64,000 nt of DNA from a virus (taxonomy: Duplodnaviria; Heunggongvirae; Uroviricota; Caudoviricetes). The notes below the pieces were generated by a model. The model worked only from the letters and a program-made list of their open reading frames with translations. It was not told where the DNA came from and ran no database searches. The stretch lies in IMG/VR virus record IMGVR_UViG_3300027777_000022; one strand, written 5' to 3'. Positions 18,117 to 26,163 of the stretch are shown here, in pieces; position 1 is the first letter of the stretch; each line of letters begins with the position of its first letter. The position numbers and the translations under genes were made by a program.

Positions 18117-19493
18117 TTATTCGCTTTTATGATTTTTTAAAAATTGTTCTAAATCTTCTGGGGTACCAATTCCCCACATTTTGCCAACCCTGTTTACTTT
18201 AATTTTTTTACCGTCTGCAATTGCTTGATTGAATACAGGACATACATAAAACTCGTTATTCACACGAATATTTTTTGCAATCATTTCTTCAGCATATTTG
18301 ACATAGTCACTGCCATGTTTCCAATAGTAAATTCCTACTGTTGCTTCCGTACTAATAATTTTCTTTTCGGCCACTTCACTGACAAACCCATCGTGGCCAA
18401 GTTTTGCATAACTCCATTTGGGATGCCTGGCTTCAAATGTAACAATACCGCCATCAATCTCATCAGCAGTAAACGCATACATACACTCGTTGCTATTCCA
18501 TTCAACATATTGATCACTGTTGGCTATCACCAATGGTGCGTCTGAATTTATATAATCTTTGGCTAACAGCGTAGAGCATGCCGCGCCGTCTGTAATTCCA
18601 TTAACCTGTACAATATCACACCCTGGAGATATGAGATTAAGCAGGTATTTTAAATTGTATTTTTCATAGTGTTCCTGCTGCACAATAAAAATATAGTGTG
18701 CGTCTATGTTCAAGTTTTCCACAACTACTTGAATCATGGGCTTGCTGTTTACTTCAATCAAGGGTTTAGGAAAGGTATACCCGTGTTGTGCAAATCTACT
18801 ACCTGCTCCAGCCATTGGTACTAGTACATTAAGTTTACTATCTTTCCACGGTATAGAGTTTGATGTCATTTGCGAATCCATTTCGTGCAATTTTTTATTA
18901 ATTTTATTCCATGTAACATCGTGGGAATTTTTCACCGCTAACAGGTGTGCCCCACTGTCTATGGCACCTTGTCTGCCGATGTGACTGTCTTCAATTATAA
19001 GGGTGTTCCTAGGAATTGCATCAAGCATGGTCATACACTGCCAATACATCTCAGGGTAAGGTTTTGGGTGCTGCACGTCTTGGTTACTGACGTAGTAATC
19101 AACATATTCCATTACTCCAATTTTTAATAGGCTAAGTTTAACTGTTTCTCTAATGCTGTTACTGGCAACTGCTATAACATACCCTGATGCTTTGAGTTTA
19201 GAAAATATATCTACTAGTTTGTTATCAATAGGAAACTTTTTAATTAGTTCGAAAGTGGCCAGCTGTTTGCGCCGCCATACTACATCATGATAGTCTAAAG
19301 GTAGTCCCTTAGATTCTGATAACATCTTTAGTTTCTTAGTGGTATTGAGACCGTCATATACTGAAAGATGCTCGTCTCTAGTAATTACATATTTGGAGTC
19401 AACGCTGCCCAGTGCATCATTAAGGCTTTGGTAGTGTAATTCTCTACTTTCAATTAACACTCCATCTAGGTCAAATATAATTAATTTACTCAT
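18117..19493 (-). CDS. bifunctional HAD-family phosphatase / sugar-phosphate nucleotidyltransferase
   Basis: N-terminus IIFDLDGVLIES (HAD motif I). C-terminal half LVPMAGAGSRF...KPLIEV is the nucleotidyltransferase G-x-G-x-R signature. Confidence 0.6.
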   Translation of the reverse strand: MSKLIIFDLDGVLIESRELHYQSLNDALGSVDSKYVITRDEHLSVYDGLNTTKKLKMLSESKGLPLDYHDVVWRRKQLATFELIKKFPIDNKLVDIFSKLKASGYVIAVASNSIRETVKLSLLKIGVMEYVDYYVSNQDVQHPKPYPEMYWQCMTMLDAIPRNTLIIEDSHIGRQGAIDSGAHLLAVKNSHDVTWNKINKKLHEMDSQMTSNSIPWKDSKLNVLVPMAGAGSRFAQHGYTFPKPLIEVNSKPMIQVVVENLNIDAHYIFIVQQEHYEKYNLKYLLNLISPGCDIVQVNGITDGAACSTLLAKDYINSDAPLVIANSDQYVEWNSNECMYAFTADEIDGGIVTFEARHPKWSYAKLGHDGFVSEVAEKKIISTEATVGIYYWKHGSDYVKYAEEMIAKNIRVNNEFYVCPVFNQAIADGKKIKVNRVGKMWGIGTPEDLEQFLKNHKSE

Positions 19494-19546
19494 ATAGTTA
19501 TTTAAGCTGTTGGTGAGTTGTTATGAACTCATGTATTAACTAAGAA

Positions 19547-19625
19547 TGGATGCGGAGGCAGGATTCGCACCTGCGATCTCCAGCTTATGAGACTGGCGGG
19601 GACGGCTAGACTCCCCTACTCCGCA
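19547..19625 (-). tRNA. tRNA-Met(CAT), second copy with unusually long D-loop
   Basis: Acceptor TGCGGAG/CTCCGCA, anticodon loop CTCATAA, T-arm GCAGG-TGCGAAT-CCTGC, CCA encoded. Confidence 0.5.
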
Positions 19626-19639
19626 ATAACTTGTAAAAC

Positions 19640-20272
19640 CTAACGGTTTAGATTTTTTAAAATATGCTCGGCAAATGATTCATGTGCTGATCTGTAAAAA
19701 TGTATTTTTTCCGTATGAGAAAAATTGTGTTGTTGGCACCAAGCCATAAAATCTATATCCACAGGCCACTTTACCGTGGTAGGCCAAATAAAATCAGTTA
19801 CTGGCCAAAAACTATCTATGTTGATAACTTGGATACCTTGTGCCTGGGCTAATGCATTCAGAGCCATGATATTTTTTATTTTATTTAACATACCTAACTC
19901 AACGCTAGTTGAATACAACACCCAATATTTAAAATAATCAAGGTCAATGTTATCAGGCGGAACTCCTGGTACTAATCTTATCCAATGTCCATCAAAAATT
20001 TCACTTCTATTTACTCCTGACCAACAAGCAATCACAAGATCATTGTTGGTGAGTTTAGTCTCTGTAAATAATCTAAACACTGCATCATTGCTGCCGCCGG
20101 ATATTGCTCGATTGATTGGATCATATCCTAATGCTCGTGCAATTTGTGCAGGATAGCAATAGGTAAGTTCATAGTCGGACGCTTGTTCAAAACTATCAAA
20201 AACCAGTCCGGGTTCTTTATTTATTTCTGCACCTACTGCATGGCTGCATCCTAGTATTAATGCTTTTTTCAT
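19640..20272 (-). CDS. SGNH-like hydrolase paralog (catalytic Ser replaced; GCSHAVGAE)
   Basis: N-terminus ALILGCSHAVGAEIN parallels the VNGDSHTAGAEAV of the SGNH protein at 42533..43249. Confidence 0.4.
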   Translation of the reverse strand: MKKALILGCSHAVGAEINKEPGLVFDSFEQASDYELTYCYPAQIARALGYDPINRAISGGSNDAVFRLFTETKLTNNDLVIACWSGVNRSEIFDGHWIRLVPGVPPDNIDLDYFKYWVLYSTSVELGMLNKIKNIMALNALAQAQGIQVINIDSFWPVTDFIWPTTVKWPVDIDFMAWCQQHNFSHTEKIHFYRSAHESFAEHILKNLNR

Positions 20273-20277
20273 ATTAA

Positions 20278-20350
20278 TGGTGCCCCATGAGAGAATCGAA
20301 CTCCCGTCAACGGATTACAAAACCGTGATAATGCCATTATACTAATAGGG
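20278..20350 (-). tRNA. tRNA-Thr(TGT)
   Basis: Acceptor GCCCTAT/ATGGGGC, anticodon loop TTTGTAA, T-loop TTCGATT, CCA encoded. Confidence 0.5.
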
Positions 20351-20357
20351 CTTGAAT

Positions 20358-20433
20358 TTGGCTCCGACCGCTGGAATCGAACCAGCCTTCAAGGATTAAC
20401 AGTCCTCTGCCCACACCGTGTTTGCTTCGTCGG
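20358..20433 (-). tRNA. tRNA-Asn(GTT)
   Basis: Anticodon arm GAGGA-CTGTTAA-TCCTT, discriminator G, CCA encoded. Confidence 0.55.
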
Positions 20434-20457
20434 AATAATACTTTATATATCTCTTGT

Positions 20458-20543
20458 TTGGTGGACAGTAATGGATTTGAACCACTGCGCTTTTTACAGA
20501 ACGGATTTACAGTCCGTCGCCTTCAACCACTCGGCCAACTGTC
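20458..20543 (-). tRNA. tRNA-Tyr(GTA), class II
   Basis: Acceptor GGACAGT/ACTGTCC, anticodon arm ACGGA-CTGTAAA-TCCGT, long variable arm, T-loop TTCAAAT, CCA encoded. Confidence 0.6.
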
Positions 20544-20775
20544 CTGATTGAATTTGCAAGTAGTTGCTCCCTGTATTATAGCAACCATTCACCCTATGCT
20601 AAAGCCGGCCGGGATTTTGGTACGTCACTTGGGATACTGATCCAGATGATACGCCAATTGTATGCCAGTCCCACTCAAGCGACCAGCCGGGCATTGAACC
20701 CGCTACCTTCTACTGTACAGTACCTTCGAAGAATACTGCACAGCGTGACTTTCTCTTGCTGACACTTACAAAACT

Positions 20776-20850
20776 TGGTGCCACGAGCTGGACTCGAACC
20801 AGCCACACACAGATTTTCAGTCTGCTGCTCTACCTGATGAGCTACCGCGA
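20776..20850 (-). tRNA. tRNA-Phe(GAA)
   Basis: D-arm GCTCATCAGGTAGAGC, anticodon loop CTGAAAA, T-loop TTCGAGT, CCA encoded. Confidence 0.6.
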
Positions 20851-20857
20851 CATTGTA

Positions 20858-20947
20858 TTGGCGGAACGACTGAGACTCGAACTCAGAAACCGGATTACGC
20901 CGATCGACAGATTAGCAATCTGCTCCAATACCATTATGGGACCGTTC
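20858..20947 (-). tRNA. tRNA-Ser(GCT), class II
   Basis: Acceptor GGAACGG/TCGTTCC, anticodon loop TTGCTAA, long variable arm, CCA encoded. Confidence 0.55.
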
Positions 20948-20956
20948 CTTAAAACT

Positions 20957-21030
20957 ATGGAGCGGGGTGCGAGAATCGAACTCGCGCTATCAGCTTGGAA
21001 GGCTGAAATCCTACCATTAAATGAACCCCG
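20957..21030 (-). tRNA. tRNA-Gly(TCC)
   Basis: Acceptor GCGGGGT/ACCCCGC, anticodon arm TCAGC-CTTCCAA-GCTGA, T-loop TTCGATT, CCA encoded. Confidence 0.65.
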
Positions 21031-21260
21031 CATAAAAAATTGGAGACAGCCTACACAAAAGGTTTGCCTAATGTGCCGTCCACTTTATCCGCTTATCCTA
21101 GCCACTTGCCGATCACTAGATCAGGGCAGCAAAGATAAGTTTCAGTCTCCGAAAACTGTTGTCGGTATAAGGAGTCTATCCCCGACTGTGCAACACTAAT
21201 ACTCTATCCTGCGTAAGGTGTCTCCATAAACGGAGCCTTAGCGCGGTTGCATCTGAAAAC

Positions 21261-21335
21261 TGGTGGAGGCCGGGGGTATCGAACCCCTCTAGACAAGATG
21301 CTTGCAAAGCAACTCCGCACCCCTGTGCTGCCCCC
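21261..21335 (-). tRNA. tRNA-Ala(TGC) with G3-U70
   Basis: Acceptor GGGGGCA/GGCCTCC gives G3-U70; anticodon loop TTTGCAA; T-loop TTCGATA; CCA encoded. D-arm is short. Confidence 0.45.
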
Positions 21336-21343
21336 ATATTGTT

Positions 21344-21419
21344 TGGCTCCATCTGTTGGATTCGAACCAACCTCTTCCGGTTAACAGCCGGGGGTACTCG
21401 CCAAGAATACTAAGATGGA
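21344..21419 (-). tRNA. tRNA-Asn(GTT), second divergent copy
   Basis: Acceptor TCCATCT/AGATGGA, anticodon loop CTGTTAA, discriminator G, CCA encoded. Confidence 0.45.
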
Positions 21420-21426
21420 ATAAAAT

Positions 21427-21513
21427 TGGTGGAGCAGAGAGGGTTCGAACCTCTACAGAACTTGCTGACCTCCGGGTTACAGCCGGGTACCCTTCCTCTC
21501 AGGTGTCTACTCC
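21427..21513 (-). tRNA. tRNA-Tyr(GTA)-like, second class II copy
   Basis: Acceptor GGAGTAG/CTGCTCC, anticodon loop CTGTAAC, long variable arm, T-arm AGAGG-TTCGAAC-CCTCT, CCA encoded. Confidence 0.45.
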
Positions 21514-21575
21514 ATTAACTAATTTGAAGTCCTGCTTGACATTGTAGTGCAGGTAACTGTGTCGTCTTCAAAACT

Positions 21576-21649
21576 TGGTCCTCTGTAGAAGAATTGAACT
21601 TCTGTCTATCGGTTATCAGCCGATTGCTCTGCCATTGAGCTAACGGAGG
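21576..21649 (-). tRNA. tRNA-Ile(GAT)
   Basis: D-arm GCTCAATGGCAGAGC, anticodon arm ATCGG-CTGATAA-CCGAT, T-loop TTCAATT, CCA encoded. Confidence 0.6.
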
Positions 21650-21657
21650 AAAAAACT

Positions 21658-21733
21658 TGGCGGTCTTAGGGGGTAACGATCCCCACTCTTACGGCGTGAC
21701 AAGCCGTCGTGCGTCCATGAACACTTTAAGACC
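21658..21733 (-). tRNA. tRNA-Asp(GTC)
   Basis: Acceptor GGTCTTA/TAAGACC, anticodon arm ACGGC-TTGTCAC-GCCGT, atypical T-loop ATCGTTA, CCA encoded. Confidence 0.5.
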
Positions 21734-21739
21734 TAAATT

Positions 21740-21814
21740 TGGTACTGCGTACGGGTATCGAGCCCGTCTAGTCACCTTGAAAGGGTGATGACCTCACCTG
21801 AAGTCGAACGCAGT
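21740..21814 (-). tRNA. tRNA-Glu(TTC)
   Basis: Acceptor ACTGCGT/ACGCAGT, anticodon arm TCACC-CTTTCAA-GGTGA, T-loop CTCGATA, CCA encoded. Confidence 0.5.
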
Positions 21815-21834
21815 GTATCTTTGTTATATTTCAA

Positions 21835-21900
21835 CACACTACCAGTCCCCAGGATTCGAACCTGTTTCTTTAGTAGTTTACCTTGACGTTTGCAGTCGGG
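21835..21900 (-). ncRNA. tRNA-like fragment (T-arm CAGG-TTCGAAT-CCTG only)
   Basis: T-arm motif without a recognisable acceptor or anticodon arm; possible tRNA remnant. Confidence 0.2.
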
Positions 21901-22071
21901 CAAGTAATGTATTGAAATATAACTTCTCGCCACGCTGTCTTTCACAAGATTGCGGACTGTTATCACCTTGCAGCAAACTCGTGCTTGGTGTTGTCTTGCG
22001 AGAAAAATTATACTTTATAAGTTGTTAATGAACCTGTTGCAACCAACTCGATCGTTTGCTGCTAAGTGTTT

Positions 22072-22100
22072 ATTATAACACCGTTTGCTATACTGGTCAA
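22072..22100 (-). promoter_or_regulatory. sigma70 consensus promoter TTGACC-N17-TATAAT (tandem copy 1)
   Basis: Minus strand: -35 TTGACC (plus 22095-22100), 17-nt spacer, -10 TATAAT (plus 22072-22077). Confidence 0.55.
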
Positions 22101-22166
22101 CCGGTTTTGCAAAGCCCTACAACTTGGAAGGACTCTACAAATCTCGCTGCTTTCTAACTAGTCTCT

Positions 22167-22195
22167 AGTATAACACCATGTGCGATACTGGTCAA
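22167..22195 (-). promoter_or_regulatory. sigma70-like promoter TTGACC-N17-TATACT (tandem copy 2)
   Basis: Near-duplicate of the promoter 95 bp downstream: tataacacc-N8-atactggtcaac. Confidence 0.5.
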
Positions 22196-22238
22196 CTTGT
22201 TTTGTAATGCCCTTCTTGTCTGAAGGGTCTTTGTTACA

Positions 22239-22312
22239 TGGCAGACGTGCCAGGGCTCGAACCTAGAACGACAGAGTCAAAGTCTGTTGTGTTACCATTA
22301 CACCACACGCCT
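22239..22312 (-). tRNA. tRNA-Gln(TTG)
   Basis: Acceptor AGGCGTG/CACGTCT, D-arm GTGT-AATGGTA-ACAC, anticodon arm ACAGA-CTTTGAC-TCTGT, CCA encoded. Confidence 0.55.
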
Positions 22313-22318
22313 ATAAAT

Positions 22319-22397
22319 TTGGTACCCTTGCTCAGATTCGAACTGAGAGAACTCTTCCTTTTGAGAGAAGCGACTTTGCCAATTTGTCCACAAGGGC
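22319..22397 (-). tRNA. tRNA with anticodon CAA (Leu-decoding) but short variable arm
   Basis: Acceptor GCCCTTG/CAAGGGT, anticodon arm CTTCT-CTCAAAA-GGAAG, T-arm CTCAG-TTCGAAT-CTGAG, CCA encoded; 11-nt D-loop. Confidence 0.45.
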
Positions 22398-22398
22398 G

Positions 22399-23157
22399 TT
22401 ATTTTTTTCTTTTGTGAAATACCACTGGCTGGAAATCAAATTCACCAGGGCAAAATTCACATTGATCAATGGGTTGATTTCTTGTGTCAACAAAGTCTGC
22501 CAACTGTTGCTCGGTGCAGTCCACACTCAATGGTTGATACTGAGCCAACAACTGTTCTTGCCTTGCATCCATGATTACTGATTGCTGTGTACGAAACTCT
22601 GGCAACACAGCCATCACAGGACACTTGTACAGTTTTCCTTTGAATACAGTGTGACTATGCCTCATGGTGCAGGCTTTGAATGCAGTTATTGGATTGCTCT
22701 GATGAACAACAAATGCATCACCTTGCGGGATGATTGCAGCCGGAGTAAATTCTGTATTGTCAATAAGGTTGCCCCATTGTCGTTCTAATGCAGGTCGCAT
22801 CTCAGGTCGATGTACACTTATACCCCATCCCACACGGTATTTGCTGTAAGAGTCGAGATCTTTTGCTATTTTTGCATTAGTGCCATTGCTTTGTATCATG
22901 ATAGTGGTTTCTGGCCACAATCTGCGAAGATTCACTACCCAAGTTTCTAATCCGGGATGCAAGCTGGGTTCACCACCAATGATCACTATCATTGACGCAT
23001 TGATTCGTTGACTCCAGGCTTCAACAGCAGGTGCAGAATCCTCCCATGAGTAGTGACCACGGAAATCGTGATCATTGAACCTATTGCAGTTGGTGCAGGC
23101 CAGGTTGCATTGATTGGTGATGTAGAACTCTATCACTGAGTCTAAGAATACGGACAT
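22399..23157 (-). CDS. radical SAM protein (small QueE/NrdG-activase-like family)
   Basis: ITNQCNLACTNC (CxxxCxxC) and IIGGEP motif. Confidence 0.6.
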   Translation of the reverse strand: MSVFLDSVIEFYITNQCNLACTNCNRFNDHDFRGHYSWEDSAPAVEAWSQRINASMIVIIGGEPSLHPGLETWVVNLRRLWPETTIMIQSNGTNAKIAKDLDSYSKYRVGWGISVHRPEMRPALERQWGNLIDNTEFTPAAIIPQGDAFVVHQSNPITAFKACTMRHSHTVFKGKLYKCPVMAVLPEFRTQQSVIMDARQEQLLAQYQPLSVDCTEQQLADFVDTRNQPIDQCEFCPGEFDFQPVVFHKRKK

Positions 23158-23592
23158 TGATTATTTACGCAATATTTTGAATGCGTATATTAAAACACAC
23201 TTACTATCCCCTCGGGCGGCAAAACCCAAAGTTAAACATGTTCTACCATGAAAGACAATGAATGTATTTTAATATGACGAATTTTTTTATCTACAAGAAG
23301 ATAAGCCATCCTCGTCACCGCCCGTTTGCCCCATGTTTAAAGTGCAGGGCCCAGTCCTCGTTACTGGGATACTTCACACTATTTTCCTACGCTACAAAAC
23401 AAAAAACCCCAGGGTTTTTAGTCCTAGGGTCCTTGGAAGTTGAGTATGCTATTTTGTTATACTCGGTCTCCTTGGACCCAGGCCCCGCGATCATAATTCA
23501 TCTCAATCGCAAACCACAAGGCGGGGCAGGTGCCCTGACTTGGTGTCAGTGATTTGAGTGTAGAATGATGTATCGAGTGTCTCATAGCATGT

Positions 23593-23622
23593 ATTGTATA
23601 TGTTTATTTATACCTTGTCAAC
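23593..23622 (-). promoter_or_regulatory. sigma70-like promoter TTGACA-N18-TACAAT
   Basis: Minus strand: -35 TTGACA (plus 23617-23622), -10 TACAAT (plus 23593-23598); reads into the ORF-free region 23160-23590. Confidence 0.4.
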
Positions 23623-23673
23623 CTTTGTTTTGACTTTTTTTACGGTATTTTGGCAAAAAAGATGAAAATATTT

Positions 23674-23889
23674 TTATTTTGATTCAGCTGCTTCTAGTGC
23701 AGCAGCAGCTTCTTCCAAGAGGTCGGCGATACGGTCAGGCTTGCCTTCCTCTACACTTTTACGTGAAGTGATCTGCCGACGGATCTCTGCTCGCTTGCGC
23801 AAACGAAAGATCAAACTTTGTTCACTCACAGGCAAGTGACTTTCGTCCTTGGCCATAAGTTCTTCAAACCTGTCAAATTCTTCGTTCAT
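23674..23889 (-). CDS. hypothetical protein (71 aa), acidic
   Basis: Short ORF whose start overlaps the RNA ligase stop by 4 nt. Confidence 0.35.
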   Translation of the reverse strand: MNEEFDRFEELMAKDESHLPVSEQSLIFRLRKRAEIRRQITSRKSVEEGKPDRIADLLEEAAAALEAAESK

Positions 23890-24791
23890 ACAGTCTCCAA
23901 ATATTCACGTACCCATGCCAGGCGCTCTTGTTCGTTCAACACAGTGTACTTCACAATGTTGGAACGGATATGTTCCAGCAATGGATAGTATTCCTCGTCA
24001 ATTTGTTCCCGGAACTCTTGAGTCATCAACTTATCAGTACGAGGGTTACGTGCTACCCACTTTGCAGTTAGATAGTATGGTGATTTGATCTTGGCACTCA
24101 CACCATCTTCGGTATAGAACACAAAACCTTCGTGCTTGACACGCTTGGATTCGGCTACCAACTCACCAACAGTTATGCGATAAGATTCTACTGCATGACA
24201 CTTTACAGTATCCTGAGCAAATATCTTCCACACTGTATCACAGTCAAATCCATGCACCCGAGATTCCCAAGCGTTTTCACGCCAGCCAAGAAAGTACATT
24301 CCTGCCTTTTCTACCACAATGTGAGGGTCGCTTGGGTGTACGCATTCAAACATGAAAGTATGACCTTCATTGGAAGCTATTGCCAACACCCAATCTTCCC
24401 AGCACATGTGCTTCAACATCATTTCCTTGGCGTAGTCCACATAGTCGCTGGCAGTTGAGCCAGTTGTACTCACTAGGATATCGTTCTTGTACCAAGTCAT
24501 TGCTACCATAAAGCCATTGGCTTTGCGATAAGCAGTTACCTTTGTATCATCACTCAACACAGGAGATTTGGCTTCCACACCATAGTTGTAGATCTTTGTG
24601 AATGGCCGCGACACCACATTGAAGTCCTCATCAACGATAGTACCGCGACATTCTTCAAGAAAGTCATTCCATAGGTTGTCAAAGAACACACGCTTGGAAT
24701 ACTTTAGCACATAGATACCATCACCAGCAGGCCGCATATTAACCAACCGTGGGTTAGCTAGCACAAACTTTTTTAATTCATCTTGGTTCAT
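23886..24791 (-). CDS. rnlA: RNA ligase 1 (T4 RnlA-like)
   Basis: LEECRGTIVDEDFNVVSRPFTKIYNY parallels T4 Rnl1 [30 protein letters not shown]; nucleotidyl-lysine motif KANG. Start moved to Met 24791 because promoter -10 (24821-24826) lies inside the longer ORF. Confidence 0.65.
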   Translation of the reverse strand: MNQDELKKFVLANPRLVNMRPAGDGIYVLKYSKRVFFDNLWNDFLEECRGTIVDEDFNVVSRPFTKIYNYGVEAKSPVLSDDTKVTAYRKANGFMVAMTWYKNDILVSTTGSTASDYVDYAKEMMLKHMCWEDWVLAIASNEGHTFMFECVHPSDPHIVVEKAGMYFLGWRENAWESRVHGFDCDTVWKIFAQDTVKCHAVESYRITVGELVAESKRVKHEGFVFYTEDGVSAKIKSPYYLTAKWVARNPRTDKLMTQEFREQIDEEYYPLLEHIRSNIVKYTVLNEQERLAWVREYLETV

Positions 24792-24820
24792 AATTCTACT
24801 TGTTTTTGCTATAAGTCCAA

Positions 24821-24849
24821 ATTGTAACATCAAATGGATTACGTGTCAA
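24821..24849 (-). promoter_or_regulatory. sigma70-like promoter TTGACA-N17-TACAAT
   Basis: Minus strand: -35 TTGACA (plus 24844-24849), 17-nt spacer, -10 TACAAT (plus 24821-24826). Confidence 0.5.
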
Positions 24850-24852
24850 CAA

Positions 24853-26160
24853 CTAGATGTACATTCGATAAAGTTCGGGCAGTAGTTCATCTCCGATCAG
24901 TGCTGCAAATATGATAGGTGCAGCACTTTGTCCTTTGATGGCAAATCCCACAATTGTACCAATGATCAGTGTCAACCAAGTCAAAACAAAGTGCCCGCTA
25001 GCGTATGATTCCCATAGCATGGCCACGGTGATTATTACTAATAATATTGCTGCAATTTCTTTTTGATAGACAATGAAAAATCTCAAATGTGTATATAATT
25101 TTCCAGAAATATAAAAATTAATAAGACTCACTGCCACGCACAATGTACACAGCAAGATTGCATTATTTTTTATCAACTCAAAAGCAGTTTGTATCACAAA
25201 GCCTTTATTTTCAACCAACGATAATATTATTGCTTCTGATGGCAGAATAGGCAATCCCAATAGTAATAAAGGAATCAATGATGTTATAGCCCCTGCATTA
25301 TTTGCTGTTTCGGCTGATATAATATTATTATAATAAGTTTGCGGGTCGGATACCTGATTCAAAGTATTTCTAAATTTTTCAACTGCCTCTGCAAATGAGG
25401 AACTCAGCGCATAGCTAATGCCCGGTATTAACCCCGATAAACTTCCAACTGCTGACCCTATCATAATTGTTCCAGTAGAGTTTGTCATAACAGGAGTATC
25501 ATTGGTTTTCTGAAAACTATTCACTATCGTAGACTTGGATCTAACAATACCGGGTATAACCAAAAGTCCCATTGCAATGGGAATGATTGGTACCCCTCCA
25601 AGCTGCGCAATATAACTTGGAACAAATTGTTGCATAGACTCAATGTACCAAATAGAGCCGGTACTGATATACAATCCAACCAATGATAACGCTGTTGCTA
25701 TAATTTTATTGCCGCTCATGCCAATAAGTAGTAAGATAGCTATTACTAATACAGCTATTTTGATTTTGCCAGAAAAGAAATAAATCAGGGTCTCATAGTA
25801 TGGAATGGCACACATGAATATTCCCAGTGCAATGATTGCTCCTACAAAACTACCCAACGCAGTGCCTGCTAATATTTTTTCTTGAAGACCATATTTGGCA
25901 ATTTGAAAACCATTTTCTACTGCCGGGACAGAGGTGAATTCACCTACTACCCCAAACAAAATTGCACTCACACTACCATAGTATTGCATAGTCATCACAA
26001 CTACACAATAAAACCACATGAGCAATTGCCAGTTTGGAATTACGTGTGCAGCGGGCATCATTAAAATCAAAACTCCCGACACATTTAGTGACGGGAGCAT
26101 CCCTGCTAATATGCCCAAAAATAAAGCAATACCAGTGACGGTGACCCACCAGGTTATCAT
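24853..26160 (-). CDS. polytopic membrane protein, TctA-like (tripartite tricarboxylate transporter permease family)
   Basis: At least 10 hydrophobic spans; Gly-rich GLIPGISYALSS-type repeats; immediately upstream of a TctC-like binding protein. Confidence 0.4.
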   Translation of the reverse strand: MITWWVTVTGIALFLGILAGMLPSLNVSGVLILMMPAAHVIPNWQLLMWFYCVVVMTMQYYGSVSAILFGVVGEFTSVPAVENGFQIAKYGLQEKILAGTALGSFVGAIIALGIFMCAIPYYETLIYFFSGKIKIAVLVIAILLLIGMSGNKIIATALSLVGLYISTGSIWYIESMQQFVPSYIAQLGGVPIIPIAMGLLVIPGIVRSKSTIVNSFQKTNDTPVMTNSTGTIMIGSAVGSLSGLIPGISYALSSSFAEAVEKFRNTLNQVSDPQTYYNNIISAETANNAGAITSLIPLLLLGLPILPSEAIILSLVENKGFVIQTAFELIKNNAILLCTLCVAVSLINFYISGKLYTHLRFFIVYQKEIAAILLVIITVAMLWESYASGHFVLTWLTLIIGTIVGFAIKGQSAAPIIFAALIGDELLPELYRMYI

Positions 26161-26163
26161 GTT

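Noticed and set aside
20544-20776. Possible tRNA in the 230-nt gap containing a GGGTTCAATGCCC T-arm-like motif
   Set aside because: I could not pair any acceptor stem or find an anticodon arm; only a T-arm-like fragment and a possible extended -10 (TGcTATAAT). Left unannotated.
21031-21260. Possible ncRNA or intron in the 230-nt gap between tRNA-Gly(TCC) and tRNA-Ala(TGC)
   Set aside because: Some long-range complementarity (GGAGACAG ... CAGTCTCC) but no convincing conserved structure or motif by eye; not enough to call a feature.
20756-21547. ORFs 20756..21199(+), 20842..21033(-), 21176..21370(-) and 21302..21547(+)
   Set aside because: They overlap tRNA genes and tRNA spacers; not coding.
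23262-23552. Plus ORF 23262..23552 (96 aa)
   Set aside because: It is antisense to the local transcription direction, in a GC-rich structured region more consistent with noncoding RNA; Pro/Gly/Ala-rich translation.
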